Counted from the stretch's first letter, positions 28,427-40,157 are shown. The stretch: DNA of 64,000 nt from an uncultured Planctomycetota bacterium (GCA_963823665.1 CAWGMQ010000010.1:832001-896000), one strand, 5' to 3'. Made by a program: numbers and translations. The notes: a model not told the origin generated them from the letters alone.

Positions 28427-29575
28427 ATGGCGATCCGTGAAGGGTGGGTGCTCTCGTTGGTCGCGGGGATTTTCGCGTTTGTGGCCGGATCACCGGTACG
28501 CGGAGGTGAGGACGCCAAAGCGGAATGGGATAAATCGGCAGCTCAACAATACCTGGACAGCCGGGGCGCGGAATGGTTCAAGTTTGATTCGGCGCGGCGC
28601 GGCGAGGGGGCTTCGGCGACCTCGTGCGTGAGCTGTCACAGCCTGCTCTCCTTTGCACTGGCGAGACCGGTGCTCCGCCGCGTCTCTGACGAAAAGGTGC
28701 CCACTGAGCTTGAAACAAAGATGCTCGCGCAGGTGAAGGCCCGGGTTGCGAACTGGGACTCGCTGGAAAAGAGTCCATTTCAGCTCATGTACGACTTCGA
28801 CGAGCCGAAGAAGAAGCAGTCGCGCGGAACCGAGGCGGTGGTGAACGCGCTAGTGCTTTCGCTCGACGACCGGTTTCGTGAGTTGAAGGAACCAAGTGCC
28901 GACGCCAAGCGCGCGCTCTCGATTCTGTGGAAGACCCAGGTAACGGACGGTGAGTTTCCCGGATCGTGGGAGTGGCTCAGCTTTGGTATGGAGCCATGGG
29001 AGGGTGAAGGAGGGCGATTTTTCGGTGCGGCGATGGCGGCGATCGGAGTCGGGACAGCGCGGGAGAGCGGTTATGCGATGAACGACGCGGACGCTCGCGC
29101 GGGTCTCTCGTCCCTGCGGAAGTATCTGTTCAAGAACTATCGGACTCAGAATCTGCATAACCGCGTGTGGATGCTATGGGCGTCTGCGAAGGTGGACGGA
29201 TTGTTGACTCGCTCACAAACCGACGAGCTCAAGGCACAGATCTTCGCGAAGCAGCAGGCGGACGGCGGGTTCAGCCTGGGGTCACTCGGACAGTTTTCAC
29301 GCAAAGGCGTGAAGGACGAGAGCAAGACGTCGGACGGGTACGCCACGGGGCTGATACTGCACGTGCTGCAAGTTGCGGGCGTCACGAAAGAAGACGCGCG
29401 TGTTGAAAAGGGGCTGGCGTGGCTGCGGGCTAGTCAAGACAAATCGGGAGCGTGGCGGGCGGCATCGGTCAACAAGAACCGTGCGCCGGAGTCGAGCGAC
29501 GCGGGCAAGGCGAATATCGGCAAGTTCATGTGGGACGCGGCGACGGCGTATTCGGTGCTGGCGCTTGGGCATTGA
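28427..29575 (+). CDS. Secreted prenyltransferase/squalene-cyclase-repeat protein
   Basis: Signal peptide, SCVSCH, QW-like repeats KQQADGGF and SQDKSGAW, SDGYATG. Confidence 0.75.
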   Translation: MAIREGWVLSLVAGIFAFVAGSPVRGGEDAKAEWDKSAAQQYLDSRGAEWFKFDSARRGEGASATSCVSCHSLLSFALARPVLRRVSDEKVPTELETKMLAQVKARVANWDSLEKSPFQLMYDFDEPKKKQSRGTEAVVNALVLSLDDRFRELKEPSADAKRALSILWKTQVTDGEFPGSWEWLSFGMEPWEGEGGRFFGAAMAAIGVGTARESGYAMNDADARAGLSSLRKYLFKNYRTQNLHNRVWMLWASAKVDGLLTRSQTDELKAQIFAKQQADGGFSLGSLGQFSRKGVKDESKTSDGYATGLILHVLQVAGVTKEDARVEKGLAWLRASQDKSGAWRAASVNKNRAPESSDAGKANIGKFMWDAATAYSVLALGH

Positions 29576-29885
29576 GTTGGGGATGCGGTTGACGGCTTGA
29601 TTGTGGCGGGCGGTTGCCCGGAACAATTCAAAAAAAAACGAACCTGGGGCCCGCAGCGGCCGTCAGTCGTTTGGTGGCTCGAGGGCATGGGCCGGCATCT
29701 CGGCGTGGCGACTTGTTGCGCTCATCGATCGGAATTTGCGCTCGACGTTCGAGGCAGGTCTTGGTGTCGCATTTCGCTTTGCGCGAATGCACGCACTTTC
29801 GCGGAGTGAAAGGCGACTTTCTCAAGCTGGTTGACGCTCTCCGAAGGATGGTGCCCGCATCATGAGACCGCTCAAGCGGGCGCTA

Positions 29886-31341
29886 TCACGCCAGAATTGC
29901 CGAGATTGGCTGGCCCAAGCAGAGTGCCTGGGGGCGGTTGAGGGCGTCGATGAGCTGGATGGTGGGATCGACGCCGAGGCAATGGTAGATCGTCGCGGCG
30001 ATGTCGGCAGGACTGACCGGGTCGCGGGCGGGGTAGGCGGCCCAGCGGTCGGATGCGCCGTGGACTGTTCCGCCTTTGATGCCGGCGCCCGCCAGAACGG
30101 AACTGAAGCAGTGGGCCCAGTGGTCACGGCCGTCACGGCCGGCGCCGGCGCCGCCAACCACACTCTGACCCACTCGCGGGGTTCGGCCGAACTCGCCGGT
30201 CCAGACGACCAGGGTTTCGTCCAGGAGTCCGCGGGTGGAAAGGTCGTCGAGAAGCGCATCGAACGCCTGATCGGCGGGGGGCATGAGGCGGGTTTTGAGG
30301 TCGATGAAGTTGCGGTTATGCGTGTCCCAGTACACGCTCACGTTTGTCAGGCCTTCGTTGGGCCAGAACACGGTGACCAGTGGAACGCCGGCTTCGATCA
30401 GGCGCCGGGCCTGCAAGACGGACTGGCCGTGGGCATGCCAGCCGTAGCGGTCGCGGAGCCGCGGATCTTCAAGGTTCAGGTCGAATGCTTCAATCGCCTT
30501 GCGGCTGGCCAGAAGGTCATAGGCGCGGCGGTAGTGGTCGGAGAGCGCATGGATTTCGGCGGCGGCTTCGAGCCCGCGGGCCTGACCATCCACCGATTGA
30601 AGAAGAAGGCGGCGGTCGCCGAGCCGGCCGAACGAGAGACCGTCGGGCAGGCGGAACTCGCCGACCTGGTATTGCGGTTTGCTCGGGTCTTGATCGATCG
30701 TGAACGGGGAAAGCGCCGGTCCCATCCAGCCGGCGCCCTGGCCGTGACTTTGCTCGACGAATCGCGGGGCCGCGTTGGGAATCTCGGGCCGCATCTGGAC
30801 GTACGAGGGCAGGGCGGTGCGCTCTTGCCCACGCCGGAGATGGCGCGAGCACGGCTCCATAATGGGGCCAATCTTCATTGAATTCACCCCCGCCAGGCCG
30901 CGGGATCGGGCGGCCGGTGAGCAGCTCGTGCGTGGCGGTGGTGTGGTTGACGTCGCCGTGATGCACGGAGCGAATGATCGCCAGGCGATCTAGCTGGCGG
31001 GCCAGAAGCGGAAAATGCTCGGAGATCGTGATGCCAGGAACGCATGTCGATATCGGCCGAAACTCGCCGCGGACCTCCGCGGGAGCCTCGGGCTTCATGT
31101 CCCAGGTTTCTTGCTGAGCCGGGCCGCCCCACATGAAGAGCAAGATGCACGACTTCGCCTTGCCGAAGGATGCTTGTGAGATGGGACGCGCCGCGGCTGC
31201 GACTCTGTTCTGGGTGATCTCGCGGGCTTCGAGAAATCTGGGAAGCGTGCAACCGAGCAGGCCCAGTGCGCCCGAGCGAATGACGTCGCGGCGAGAGAGG
31301 GACAAGGCGAGGCCCAGGTTGCGGCAACCTGTTTCTGGCAT
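29886..31341 (-). CDS. DUF1501 family protein; frameshift ~30845
   Basis: SRRDVIR, KAKSCILLFMWGGPAQQETWDMKP; then ARRLIEAGV, WDTH, GEFGRTP, GRDHW. Confidence 0.9.
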
Positions 31342-31550
31342 GCGGCTCGATCTCGGAGGGTGGGTTCGCCGTGTTTGGCTTTCGCTACTTTAACAGGAAC
31401 TCGGCATTCTCGGGAGAGATGATCGCGGTGGTGGGCGAGACTGGCGCCGCCGGAATGCATCCGTCCTGACCGTCGATTCGACCCACGTGCAGAGTCGGGC
31501 ACGTATTCGGCTGGCCAGCAGCTTGATCGCGACCACGCATCAAGCATCAC

Positions 31551-31680
31551 AACGTCGTCATTCGTAAGTGATGACGGGCTCAAGAGTTACTTCGAAACGC
31601 TTTTCGTCCTCTAAAACGTCGTCATTCGTAAGTGCGTCTGGCGTAAGGAGATGACGACGATGACGACGTTTTGGGGGGTG
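31551..31680 (+). repeat. Nested inverted-repeat module (X..X..X'X'), unit CGTCGTCAT
   Basis: AACGTCGTCATTCGTAAGTG twice, then ATGACGACG ATGACGACGTTTTGGGGGG; homologous to 54593-54727 (-). Confidence 0.85.
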
Positions 31681-31887
31681 TGCGGGAGCTGTTCCCCCGA
31701 TTGGGACACGAACGTGAGCGCAAATGTACCGGGGCTCGGGAAGGCTCTGGCATTCGATCGGCCTGATGGGGCGATGGACCCCTTCTTGAGAGGGGAAGGC
31801 CTTGTGAAACGTACGCCGCGGGGAGTCAGCGCGCGTCAGATCGGAGGTTTTCAACAGTCCCGGCCGGGACTCACTCACGCGAATGGC

Positions 31888-33168
31888 TCAGTCTCTCGGC
31901 GATTCAAGAATCAAGAGAGCGTCCTCCCAGCCGGCGGGGGTTTCGAATGCTTGGGTACCACTGTTCGAGAGTTGCTCGATCGGCCGTCGATCGGCATTTC
32001 GAGGGTCGAGCCAGAATGCGGTCGTGGCACGTCCCTTGGCGAGCTTGCTCAGATCGATCGAGAACGAGGCTTTTGCGCCGAGATAGACCATGATCCATTC
32101 GCCGCCTTCATGCCGCGCGGCCAGGTTGAGGATCTGGCCGCTGGTGATTCCTCCAGTGGCGAAGACGGACTGGTCCGGGACGAGGCGCCACCATTCTTTG
32201 CGGTCGAGGAAGATCTTTCTCAGGAGGCCGAGTTGAACGGCGCCCGGGGCATCGAGGGCTTTTTTCCACGTCGGCAACACGCGCCAGCTATCGTTGTGGC
32301 CGTAGGTGTGCGAGGCTCCGGCGAGGTAGGAATAATAAGCCTGCCGCCTGATCCAGAGCGGAGTGACGTCGAAGCCGTACTCGGTTCCGGCCTCGTAAGC
32401 ACCTTCGGCCATCAAGACTGGTTTGGTGGGCTTGAGATTGTAGTCCTTGGTGATCATCGGATAGATCAGCTCGACACTCTTCCAGGTTTGCATCGAGTCG
32501 AAGTCGAGCCATTCCTCGCCATGGATGAAGCTCGACGAATAGGGCGCGGGGTCGGGCTTGAACGTGATCAGATGGGCGCCGCCGTCGCCCTCACGGAGGC
32601 CTGCGGCGAGCTCACGGAGAATCGGCACGAAGTCGGGCCTGGCCTCGGGCGTCATGGACCAGACGATTGTCGGCACGCTCTTGTATCGTTGTGCGATCCA
32701 CTTCGCCCACGCTCGCGCGTTTTGAATGGTGATGTACTTGCGATAGCGTTGATGGAACATGGTCATGGAGATGACCACGTTCTGCTCCCGGGCGATCTGA
32801 ACGACGGCATCGACGTTCTTGAAGTAGGCTTCGTTGGGCGTCAGGGGGTTGTTATTGATCCAAGGTTTTTCAAGGTGGATGTTGTTTTTTGCGCCGTCGC
32901 CTACGCCCAAAAGCATGACCTGCACGAAGGCGAAGCCTTTCTCCTTGGATTTCTCGAGAATCGTCCTGGCGTCTTCGAGCGAATACTCGCGGAAGAGCTG
33001 CCACTGCGTGGAGCCGAGCCAGAAGACGGGAGCGCCCTTCTGGTCGATGAAGTATCTTCCGTTCTCACTTTTGCGGAGTGGATACACCGGCTCCGCGGCG
33101 CGGGAGGCCACGGGCAGAAGCAGGGCGAGTGTCGCCGTGAGTGCGATCCGAGTGGTTGTCGTTCTCAT
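31888..33168 (-). CDS. DUF4038 / GH140 apiosidase-like glycoside hydrolase with C-terminal beta domain
   Basis: Signal peptide, SENGRYF..GAPVFWLGSTQW, KPVLMAEGAYE, HTYG, FWLDPRN. Confidence 0.8.
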   Translation of the reverse strand: MRTTTTRIALTATLALLLPVASRAAEPVYPLRKSENGRYFIDQKGAPVFWLGSTQWQLFREYSLEDARTILEKSKEKGFAFVQVMLLGVGDGAKNNIHLEKPWINNNPLTPNEAYFKNVDAVVQIAREQNVVISMTMFHQRYRKYITIQNARAWAKWIAQRYKSVPTIVWSMTPEARPDFVPILRELAAGLREGDGGAHLITFKPDPAPYSSSFIHGEEWLDFDSMQTWKSVELIYPMITKDYNLKPTKPVLMAEGAYEAGTEYGFDVTPLWIRRQAYYSYLAGASHTYGHNDSWRVLPTWKKALDAPGAVQLGLLRKIFLDRKEWWRLVPDQSVFATGGITSGQILNLAARHEGGEWIMVYLGAKASFSIDLSKLAKGRATTAFWLDPRNADRRPIEQLSNSGTQAFETPAGWEDALLILESPRD

Positions 33169-33392
33169 CGTGGGCTCGCTGGAATAGAAACAGGGCTTCG
33201 CGTCGATGTGCCGCGCGTGAATTGTAATTCGGAGATTCCGCCAGCGGAATCGGCCAGATTGACTACTCTTGGTGATTTCGCGCCGGGCGATCACATGAAC
33301 GTAATCGTGGAGGTTGTTGCTGCGCGGCGCCGGCCGCGGTAAGTTGAGGGCACGGGATGGGTCGCCCGCAACATTCAAACGGAGGGAAAGTC

Positions 33393-34790
33393 ATGCACGG
33401 CTTCACGCACGTCCAGAGCGAGCTGAGCCGGCGTTCGTTGATCGGGGGCGGAGCGGCGGCGGCCTTCTCGGCCGCGGCGTACCGCCGCGTCCTCGGAGCC
33501 AACGAGCGAGTGGGCCTGGGCTTCATCGGGTTCGGCTTGATCGGCAAGCGGCACGTCCTTGACTTCAAGGACCGGCCAGACGCGGAGGTCGTGGCCATTG
33601 CGGAGGCGCATCGCGGCCGCTGCAATGAAGGAGTGGCGCTCGCCGGCGGCAGTGCGCGCGGCTACGCCGACTTTCGCGCTCTGCTCGACGACCGCCGGGT
33701 GAGCGCAGTGGTCGTGTCGACGCCGGATCACTGGCATGCGCTCATGACGATGCTGGCGTGCGCAGCCGGCAAGGACGTGTACGTCGAGAAACCGCTCTCG
33801 CTCTTTCCCCGCGAGGGGCGGTGGATGGTCGAGGTGGCGCAGCGGCACAAACGGGTGGTGCAGGTTGGCACGCAGCAACGGTCCGGTCCTCATTATCAGA
33901 AAGCTCGCGAGCTCCTGAGGGCCGGTCAGATCGGCAAGGTCGTGGCGGTGCGGATGTGGAGTTACCGGAATGTGATGCCGGGCTTCGGCTCGCCGGCGGA
34001 CGGGCCTCCGCCCGCGGAGATCGACTACGACATGTGGCTGGGGCCGGCCCCCAAGCGGCCGTACAACGCCAATCGATCGCTTTATCACTTTCGCTGGTTC
34101 TGGGACTACTCCGGCGGGCAGATGACGAATCTTGGGCAGCACTCGCTCGACATCGCGCACTGGTTTCTGGATGCTCTTGCGCCCAGGGCGGTCACGAGCG
34201 CCGGCGGGCGGTTCGCGCTCGAGGACAACGGGGAGACTCCGGACACACAGGACGTGATATTCGAATATCCTGGGTGGAATGCTACCTGGTCGCACCGCGA
34301 GTGCAGCAAGGGAGCCGACCCGGCGATTGGGCTCGAGTTCTGCGGTACCAAGGGCAGCTTGAAGATTTCGCGCCGGGGATTTGTGGTGACGACCGACCCG
34401 AAGTTCGTCGCCAGTGAGATGCTGCCGCGATTTGGCGCCGCTCATCCCGTCGGCGGGCCGGTGACCTCAGCCCGGCGGGGGGCGCCTGCGAGTGGGATCG
34501 CGCCGATGGAGGATCGATCCGGTGACGAATTCGATCAGTTCAAGCGGCACGCTGCGAACTTTCTCGATTGCGTGAAGACCCGGCGTCAGCCGATTTCGGA
34601 CCTTGAGGGGGCTCATCGTGTCGCCACCGCCTGCCAGCTTGCGAACCTGTCGCTGCGGCTGGGCCGCAAGCTCCGGTGGGATGGCGACCGCGAGGCGGTG
34701 CTCGATGACGCTGAAGCCCAGGCCCTGCTCGAGCGGCCCTATCGATCGCCGCGGGACGCCGAGCTCAAAGCCGTGACGGGAAAGGGGTGA
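33393..34790 (+). CDS. Gfo/Idh/MocA family oxidoreductase, Tat signal
   Basis: SRRSLI, IGFGLIG, STPDHWH, DVYVEKP, QVGTQQRS. Confidence 0.92.
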   Translation: MHGFTHVQSELSRRSLIGGGAAAAFSAAAYRRVLGANERVGLGFIGFGLIGKRHVLDFKDRPDAEVVAIAEAHRGRCNEGVALAGGSARGYADFRALLDDRRVSAVVVSTPDHWHALMTMLACAAGKDVYVEKPLSLFPREGRWMVEVAQRHKRVVQVGTQQRSGPHYQKARELLRAGQIGKVVAVRMWSYRNVMPGFGSPADGPPPAEIDYDMWLGPAPKRPYNANRSLYHFRWFWDYSGGQMTNLGQHSLDIAHWFLDALAPRAVTSAGGRFALEDNGETPDTQDVIFEYPGWNATWSHRECSKGADPAIGLEFCGTKGSLKISRRGFVVTTDPKFVASEMLPRFGAAHPVGGPVTSARRGAPASGIAPMEDRSGDEFDQFKRHAANFLDCVKTRRQPISDLEGAHRVATACQLANLSLRLGRKLRWDGDREAVLDDAEAQALLERPYRSPRDAELKAVTGKG

Positions 34791-34793
34791 TCG

Positions 34794-35856
34794 ATGCGAA
34801 TGACCAGACGTTCCATGCTGGGCGCGCTCGCGGGAACGGTATCGTCCGCAAGCGCAGCGGTATTCGGTGCCCGACCTGGTGCCGGAGTCGCTCGGTCTCG
34901 TGATTCACAGCTTTCCTGTCCGGACAGCCGGTGATCGCGGCCGCCCGAGCGGAGACCGCTTCTCAGCCCCCGGGCGGTTTCTCGAATTTGCGCACGAGCT
35001 CGGCGCGGCAGGGGTGCAAGTCGCCTTCGGCGTGCTCGGGGATGCCGCGGCTGATGCTCTTCAAAAGCGGGCGCGAGCCGCGACGATGTATCTGGAAGGC
35101 ATCGTCCCGCTCCCTCGCGACCAGGGGGATGTGGAACGATTTGAGGCCGAGATTCGTACCGCGAAGCGAGTCGGCGCTGAAGTCGTGCGGACGGTGATGC
35201 TTTCCGGAAGGAGGTACGAGACATTTGGCAGCATCGCCGAGTTCAGGCGGTTCGCCGAAACATCGACCCGCTCACTCAAAGCTGCTGCTGACGTGGTGGC
35301 GCGGCACGGCGTTCGGCTGGCTGTCGAGAATCACAAGGATTGGCGTGCGGACGAGCTGCTGCGCATCTTGAATCAAGTGGGCAACGACCATGTCGGCGTT
35401 TGCCTCGACACGGGCAACAGCATCGCGCTTCTGGAAGACCCGATGGAGGTTGTCGAAGCGCTTGCCCCGCGGGCGTTCACGACCCATTTCAAGGACATGG
35501 CGCTCGAAGAATACAAAGACGGGTTCCTGCTCTCGGAGGTTCCGCTGGGCACGGGCGTGCTTGACCTGCCGCGCGTGGTTCGGCTTGTGCGGGCCGCCCG
35601 GCCGGAGATCCGGCTGAATCTGGAGATGATCACCCGCGACCCGCTCAAAGTGCCTTGTCTGCAGGGGGGCTACTGGGCAACGTTCCCCGATTTGCCCGGC
35701 AAAGAAGTGGCCCGAGCGCTGTCCTTCGTCCGGAGCCACCCTCCGGCGCGCCCTTTGCCTCGCATCGGTCAACTGCCGCGCGATGAGCAGCTTCGAGCGG
35801 AGGATGATAACGTTCGCCGCTGCCTTGCCTTTGCACGCGATCGACTGGTTTTCTAG
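34794..35856 (+). CDS. Sugar phosphate isomerase/epimerase (xylose-isomerase-like TIM barrel), Tat signal; frameshift ~34870
   Basis: MTRRSMLG signal in one frame; LAVENHKD, CLDTGN, THFKD and NLEMI in the next. Confidence 0.85.
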
Positions 35857-35962
35857 ATAAGAAACGCGGCGATCGACACGATCAGTCTGGCGTGCGTACC
35901 GGCGGGAGCTTGACTCGAGCGGTCGAAACAGTCAACTTGAATGGCCACCAAGGAGAACAATC

Positions 35963-36460
35963 ATGCCCAGACCTCGCGTTTACTTCGACATCACGATCGA
36001 CGGGAAGCCCGCCGGCCGCATCACGTTCGAGCTGTACAATGACGTGGTTCCCGTGACGGCAGAGAACTTCCGCGCTCTGTGCACGCACGAGAAAGGGTTC
36101 GGCTACAAGGGATCTTCGTTCCACCGCGTCATTCCCCGTTTCATGATTCAGGGCGGAGACTTCACGAACCACAACGGCACCGGAGGCAAGTCCATCTATG
36201 GCAACAAATTCAAAGATGAGAATTTCAACTTGAAGCATAGCAAGGAGTTTCTGCTCTCGATGGCCAATGCCGGCCCGAACACGAACGGCTCGCAGTTCTT
36301 CATCACGACGGTGCAAACGCCGTGGCTCGACGGCAAGCACGTGGTCTTCGGAGAGGTGACCGACGGCTCAGACCTGGTGAAGAAGATCGAGGGCCTCGGG
36401 TCAAGCAGCGGTGCACCGCAAGGCAAAATCGTGATCGAGGCCTGCGGCGAGATTGCGTAA
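35963..36460 (+). CDS. Cyclophilin-type peptidyl-prolyl cis-trans isomerase
   Basis: [52 protein letters not shown]. Confidence 0.97.
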   Translation: MPRPRVYFDITIDGKPAGRITFELYNDVVPVTAENFRALCTHEKGFGYKGSSFHRVIPRFMIQGGDFTNHNGTGGKSIYGNKFKDENFNLKHSKEFLLSMANAGPNTNGSQFFITTVQTPWLDGKHVVFGEVTDGSDLVKKIEGLGSSSGAPQGKIVIEACGEIA

Positions 36461-36669
36461 GAGGCGAAGAACGGAATCTCACCGAGCAGGGCTGCCTCGC
36501 TCTGCGGGGACTCGAGCGGCTGGGCCTGGGTCGTCGCTCCAGGCGATCCAGCAGAGCCAGATGTTACCGGCGACGAGAGCCGCGAGGACGAGGATTCCAA
36601 TTGCGCGAATCCACGGGCTCTGCCAGTTCACTCTGTTGTCGTCGGTCGATCTGGCCGCCAGCCGTTCGA

Positions 36670-37221
36670 CTAACGAGCGGTAATTCTGCTCGTCGCCGCC
36701 GGGCGCGCCGCAGCGTCGCCCGAATCACCTACCGCTCGTCCGTCGAGCAAGACGACTTCTGGTTTCCAGTTAGGGTCCGGCGGCTGTGGGGGCCGGATGT
36801 TGGGTGGAATCTCATCGTGGAGGACCAGGTCCGCTTGCCACTCTGGATCGGGCGGCGGAGCAGGCCCGCCGTCTCGGCCGACGTCTGCCGTGAGGATCAG
36901 GTCCGCCTGCCAGTTCAAGTCCGGCGGGGCGTCAAGGCGCTGGCTCCGATCTCGCGCAGGCGCAGCGCCTTGACGTGGTTGTTCGGCCGGAGCCGGCCGT
37001 TTCGGCGTGTGCGTCCTCGCTGCGAAACGAGTGTGATTCTGCTTGCTCGGGCCTGGAGGAAGGTCGTTCAGGAGTTGCTTGTACGCAGCGCAGAAGTTGA
37101 TGAACTCCAGCTCGTCGCCGCCGCGATCCGGATGCGCGAGCCGGACCTTGGCCCGGAAAGCAGCCTTGACCTCCTCGCGAGTGCAGCCTCTGCCGACTCC
37201 CAGAGTGCGATACGGATCCAT
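36670..37221 (-). CDS. J-domain protein with three C-terminal PPDxxW repeats
   Basis: MDPYRTLGV..EVKAAFR..HPDRGG; repeats PPDLNWQADL, PPDPEWQADL, PPDPNWKPEV. Confidence 0.8.
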   Translation of the reverse strand: MDPYRTLGVGRGCTREEVKAAFRAKVRLAHPDRGGDELEFINFCAAYKQLLNDLPPGPSKQNHTRFAARTHTPKRPAPAEQPRQGAAPARDRSQRLDAPPDLNWQADLILTADVGRDGGPAPPPDPEWQADLVLHDEIPPNIRPPQPPDPNWKPEVVLLDGRAVGDSGDAAARPAATSRITAR

Positions 37222-37523
37222 GATTCACCCGATCCCCCTCTCGGTCGATTATCACGTTCGCGATCGAGCATCGCAAGCTCGCTTGATAGCGTAGGGACGA
37301 TCCTTGACGGCCCGGCCTTCTGCGGAACTATCGGTTCAACCGCGTGTCATGCGCTTGCGATCACGTTGTGTGGAATTCGCGGGGAGTGCGCACTTCTATC
37401 CACCCGCGGCCGCAAGTAAGGTAGAGAGTGGTTCGCCGGGCTTCGAGTGCTTCGAGATCGCTCGAGTCGTAGCGAGGCCCATGGCTCGTTCGAACTGTGC
37501 GGAGTGCAAAGAAGGGTGACGTC

Positions 37524-38303
37524 ATGGCAACCGGGGCGGAGGAACCTACACGGGGACAGGTCGCGCGCACGATGGCCGGTGCGGAAGGGGTCGAAATCAA
37601 GGCCACCATCCCCGAAACGCAAATCGACGCGGTGATTGAGCTATATGGTCTCAAGCTCGTTGGGAACGAACGGTTCATCTACTTCTTTGACACGCCTGAC
37701 CTCGACCTGTTCGAGGCCGGAATCATTGCCCGTGCGCGGCGCATCGTGGGCTCGGAGCACGACAGCACGATCAAGTTCCGCCCGGTTGATCCCGAAGCGG
37801 TGCCTGCCTTGTGGCGCAAGAAGAGCGGTTTCAAGATCGAGGCCGACGCGAGCCATAAAGGCGTTGTGAAGTCGGCTTCACTCACAATGCCCGTGCGGAA
37901 GGGGCTGATCAAGCGCGTGGCCGCCGGAAAGGATCCAGTCGCGAGCCTGTTCGCCGAAGAGCAGCTTCTCTTTCTGCTCTCCATGGCGAATCAGAAGATT
38001 GATTACCCCAGGATCGTGGTGATGGGCCCGACGCAGACCTGGCGATGGAAGTACGCCGACCCGGCTTTGCCGTGGCCGCTTACGGGCGAACTATGGCAGC
38101 GCGCGGATGGCGCCCGATTGTTCGAAGCATCCATCAAGGTGCCGGCGGTGCAGGCCGCGGCTGCGACCGCTGGTTTCATGGCCTTTCTTGCCGAGGTTGG
38201 GGCTGAGCGTGATGACGGACAGCAGGCCAAGACCCGGTGGGCTCTGTCGCATGCCGCCGAGCAGCCTCGTGAGAACAAGACGGTGGTCTTGCCTGGTGAA
38301 TAA
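37524..38303 (+). CDS. CYTH/triphosphate-tunnel-like protein
   Basis: VEIK, YFFDTPDLDL, ARARR, STIKFR, EASIK, QAKT. Confidence 0.7.
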   Translation: MATGAEEPTRGQVARTMAGAEGVEIKATIPETQIDAVIELYGLKLVGNERFIYFFDTPDLDLFEAGIIARARRIVGSEHDSTIKFRPVDPEAVPALWRKKSGFKIEADASHKGVVKSASLTMPVRKGLIKRVAAGKDPVASLFAEEQLLFLLSMANQKIDYPRIVVMGPTQTWRWKYADPALPWPLTGELWQRADGARLFEASIKVPAVQAAAATAGFMAFLAEVGAERDDGQQAKTRWALSHAAEQPRENKTVVLPGE

Positions 38304-38325
38304 CCCGGAAAGCGCTCGGCTCTCA

Positions 38326-39863
38326 TCACGCGTGAGCACGCTGCGCGAAGCGGCCGCCGAATCGCTCGAGCAAGAGGCCGTGGCGCAAACCCCGGTCACT
38401 CACCGTGAGCGACGAGCAGTTGAGCTTGTCCAGAATCGTTCGCACGATGCATAGCCCGGCGAGGATGACCTCGGCACGCTTGGGCTGAAGCCCCACGACC
38501 TGGCGTCGTGATTCGGTGGGAAGCTTGCGATATTGCTCGATCTGGCGCTCGATTTCGGCGCGTGCGATCACCGAGCCCTGGATGACGTCGGGAACGTACG
38601 TCGAGAGACCATGCATCACGGCGGCGATATTGGTGACTGCACCTCCCATTCCGACCAGAGCGTCGGGCGCACGGGCGCCGTCAAGCGAATGCAGATCCGC
38701 GGCAATCGCGCCCTGCGCTTGCTGCAATACGTCCGGCGATACCGCCTGATCCAGCCCGAATCGCTCGGTATAGCGCACAGCGCCCACGTTCACGCTGAAC
38801 TGACGGTCGATCTGATTTCCGTGTCCGAACGTGAATTGAGAGCTGCCGCCGCCGGAATCGAAGATAACGAGTGCGCCATCCGCCAGTCCGATCCCGGACC
38901 GGACAGCGAGGTAGGCGAGGCGGGCTTCTTCCTCTCCGGAAATGACCTCGATCGCGACCCCGCAACGATCCTTGACCAGCTCCAGGAACGCCCGGCTATT
39001 CGCGGCCGTACGCAGCCCCATCGTGCCCACGGCCGTGATCCCGGCAGCCGCGCTCCTGGAGCGCTTCATCTTTCATCGCGGCGATCGCTGTGGCGGTTCG
39101 GTCCATTGCCTCCGGAGCGATCGCGCCGGTTTGTTCAATTCCTTCCCCGAGCCGGGTCACTTCGGCCCGGTCGAGCACAGTCGACCAGATTCCCTCGGTG
39201 TTTCGCTCGCCGATGTGGAACTTGACCGAGTTGGTTCCCACGTCAATCACGGCGCGACGAATCGGCGGGTTGGTCCGGCCGGAGAGACCGATCGCCATCT
39301 TCAGTCCGCGCGGGTAACTCGTGTTCTCGTAGCCGTCGAGCTCCATCGCGCGCACCGCCGCGATCACTTTGGCCGCGTCAGCGTCCTCGATCGCGATGGT
39401 CCGTATTTCATTTCCATCGGCGACGACTTCGGTGATCTCGGACGTGCACCCGTGCACGTCGTAGCGCGTACGAGTCTTGCGGACGCTCGCGATGCGAATG
39501 GCCCCGCCAGGAGGAGCGATCCCGGCGAGGAATTGCTCGAGCGAGACGCCCTCGGGTGTCCCGGTAGCCTCCGGCAGCGCGAGGGCCTTCCTGACGGACG
39601 CGATCGCCGATGCACCGAGCGGGAATCGCTCCTTGATGACCGGCCGCCACTGTTCCAGGCCGTTCGAATCAACGCGTTCGAGGAGCTTGATATCGAGGAG
39701 CCCGTCGCGGATCTTCACGTTGGCGTCGGAATTCGCAGCGAGGAGATAGATCTCCTGCGCTCTGCTGAGTCTTTTCCGCTGTGATGGCCGCGAACCTGGC
39801 CTCGGCAGCGCCGAAGCGCTGGCCGAAAGTTCGCCATTCCCAACGAGGCACGATAGTTTCCAT
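38326..39863 (-). CDS. Ppx/GppA exopolyphosphatase with N-terminal CYTH-like domain; two frameshifts (~39770, ~39050)
   Basis: PRWEWRTF..NVKIRDGLLDIK..VRKTR; then AVIDVGTNSVK, ISGEEEARL, DSGGGSSQ, GLRHG. Confidence 0.85.
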
Positions 39864-40157
39864 GAGTCTCGTCTCCTTGCGGCCTGTAGCGAGGGTTTCA
39901 CTGGTCTTGGTTGTTCCCCGAACCGTCCGTGCAACCAATTTTACCGGATATCGGATCGGAGCCGCCATTCTGGCGGTGCCAGGCCCGCGTGCGAGGAAGC
40001 TCAAGCGAAACTCAATCACCGAATTCGGTAGGTCACCCCTTCCGCTGGCGCAATCGGACACGTACGATGTTCGTTCTGTTCCCTTCGGGATTCAGTCTGA
40101 ATCCGTGACGCGGGCTCCCGCGTCGGAAAACTACGGTCGACCATGCGAGGCGGTCTC

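Noticed and set aside
28620..28645. c-type cytochrome from CxxCH
   Set aside because: The motif lies within a prenyltransferase-repeat protein with no other cytochrome features; heme binding is unsupported.
19018..33342. Long antisense ORFs (e.g. 19018..20481, 20354..21964, 22094..23458, 31651..33342)
   Set aside because: They mirror well-supported genes on the opposite strand, as expected in high-GC DNA.
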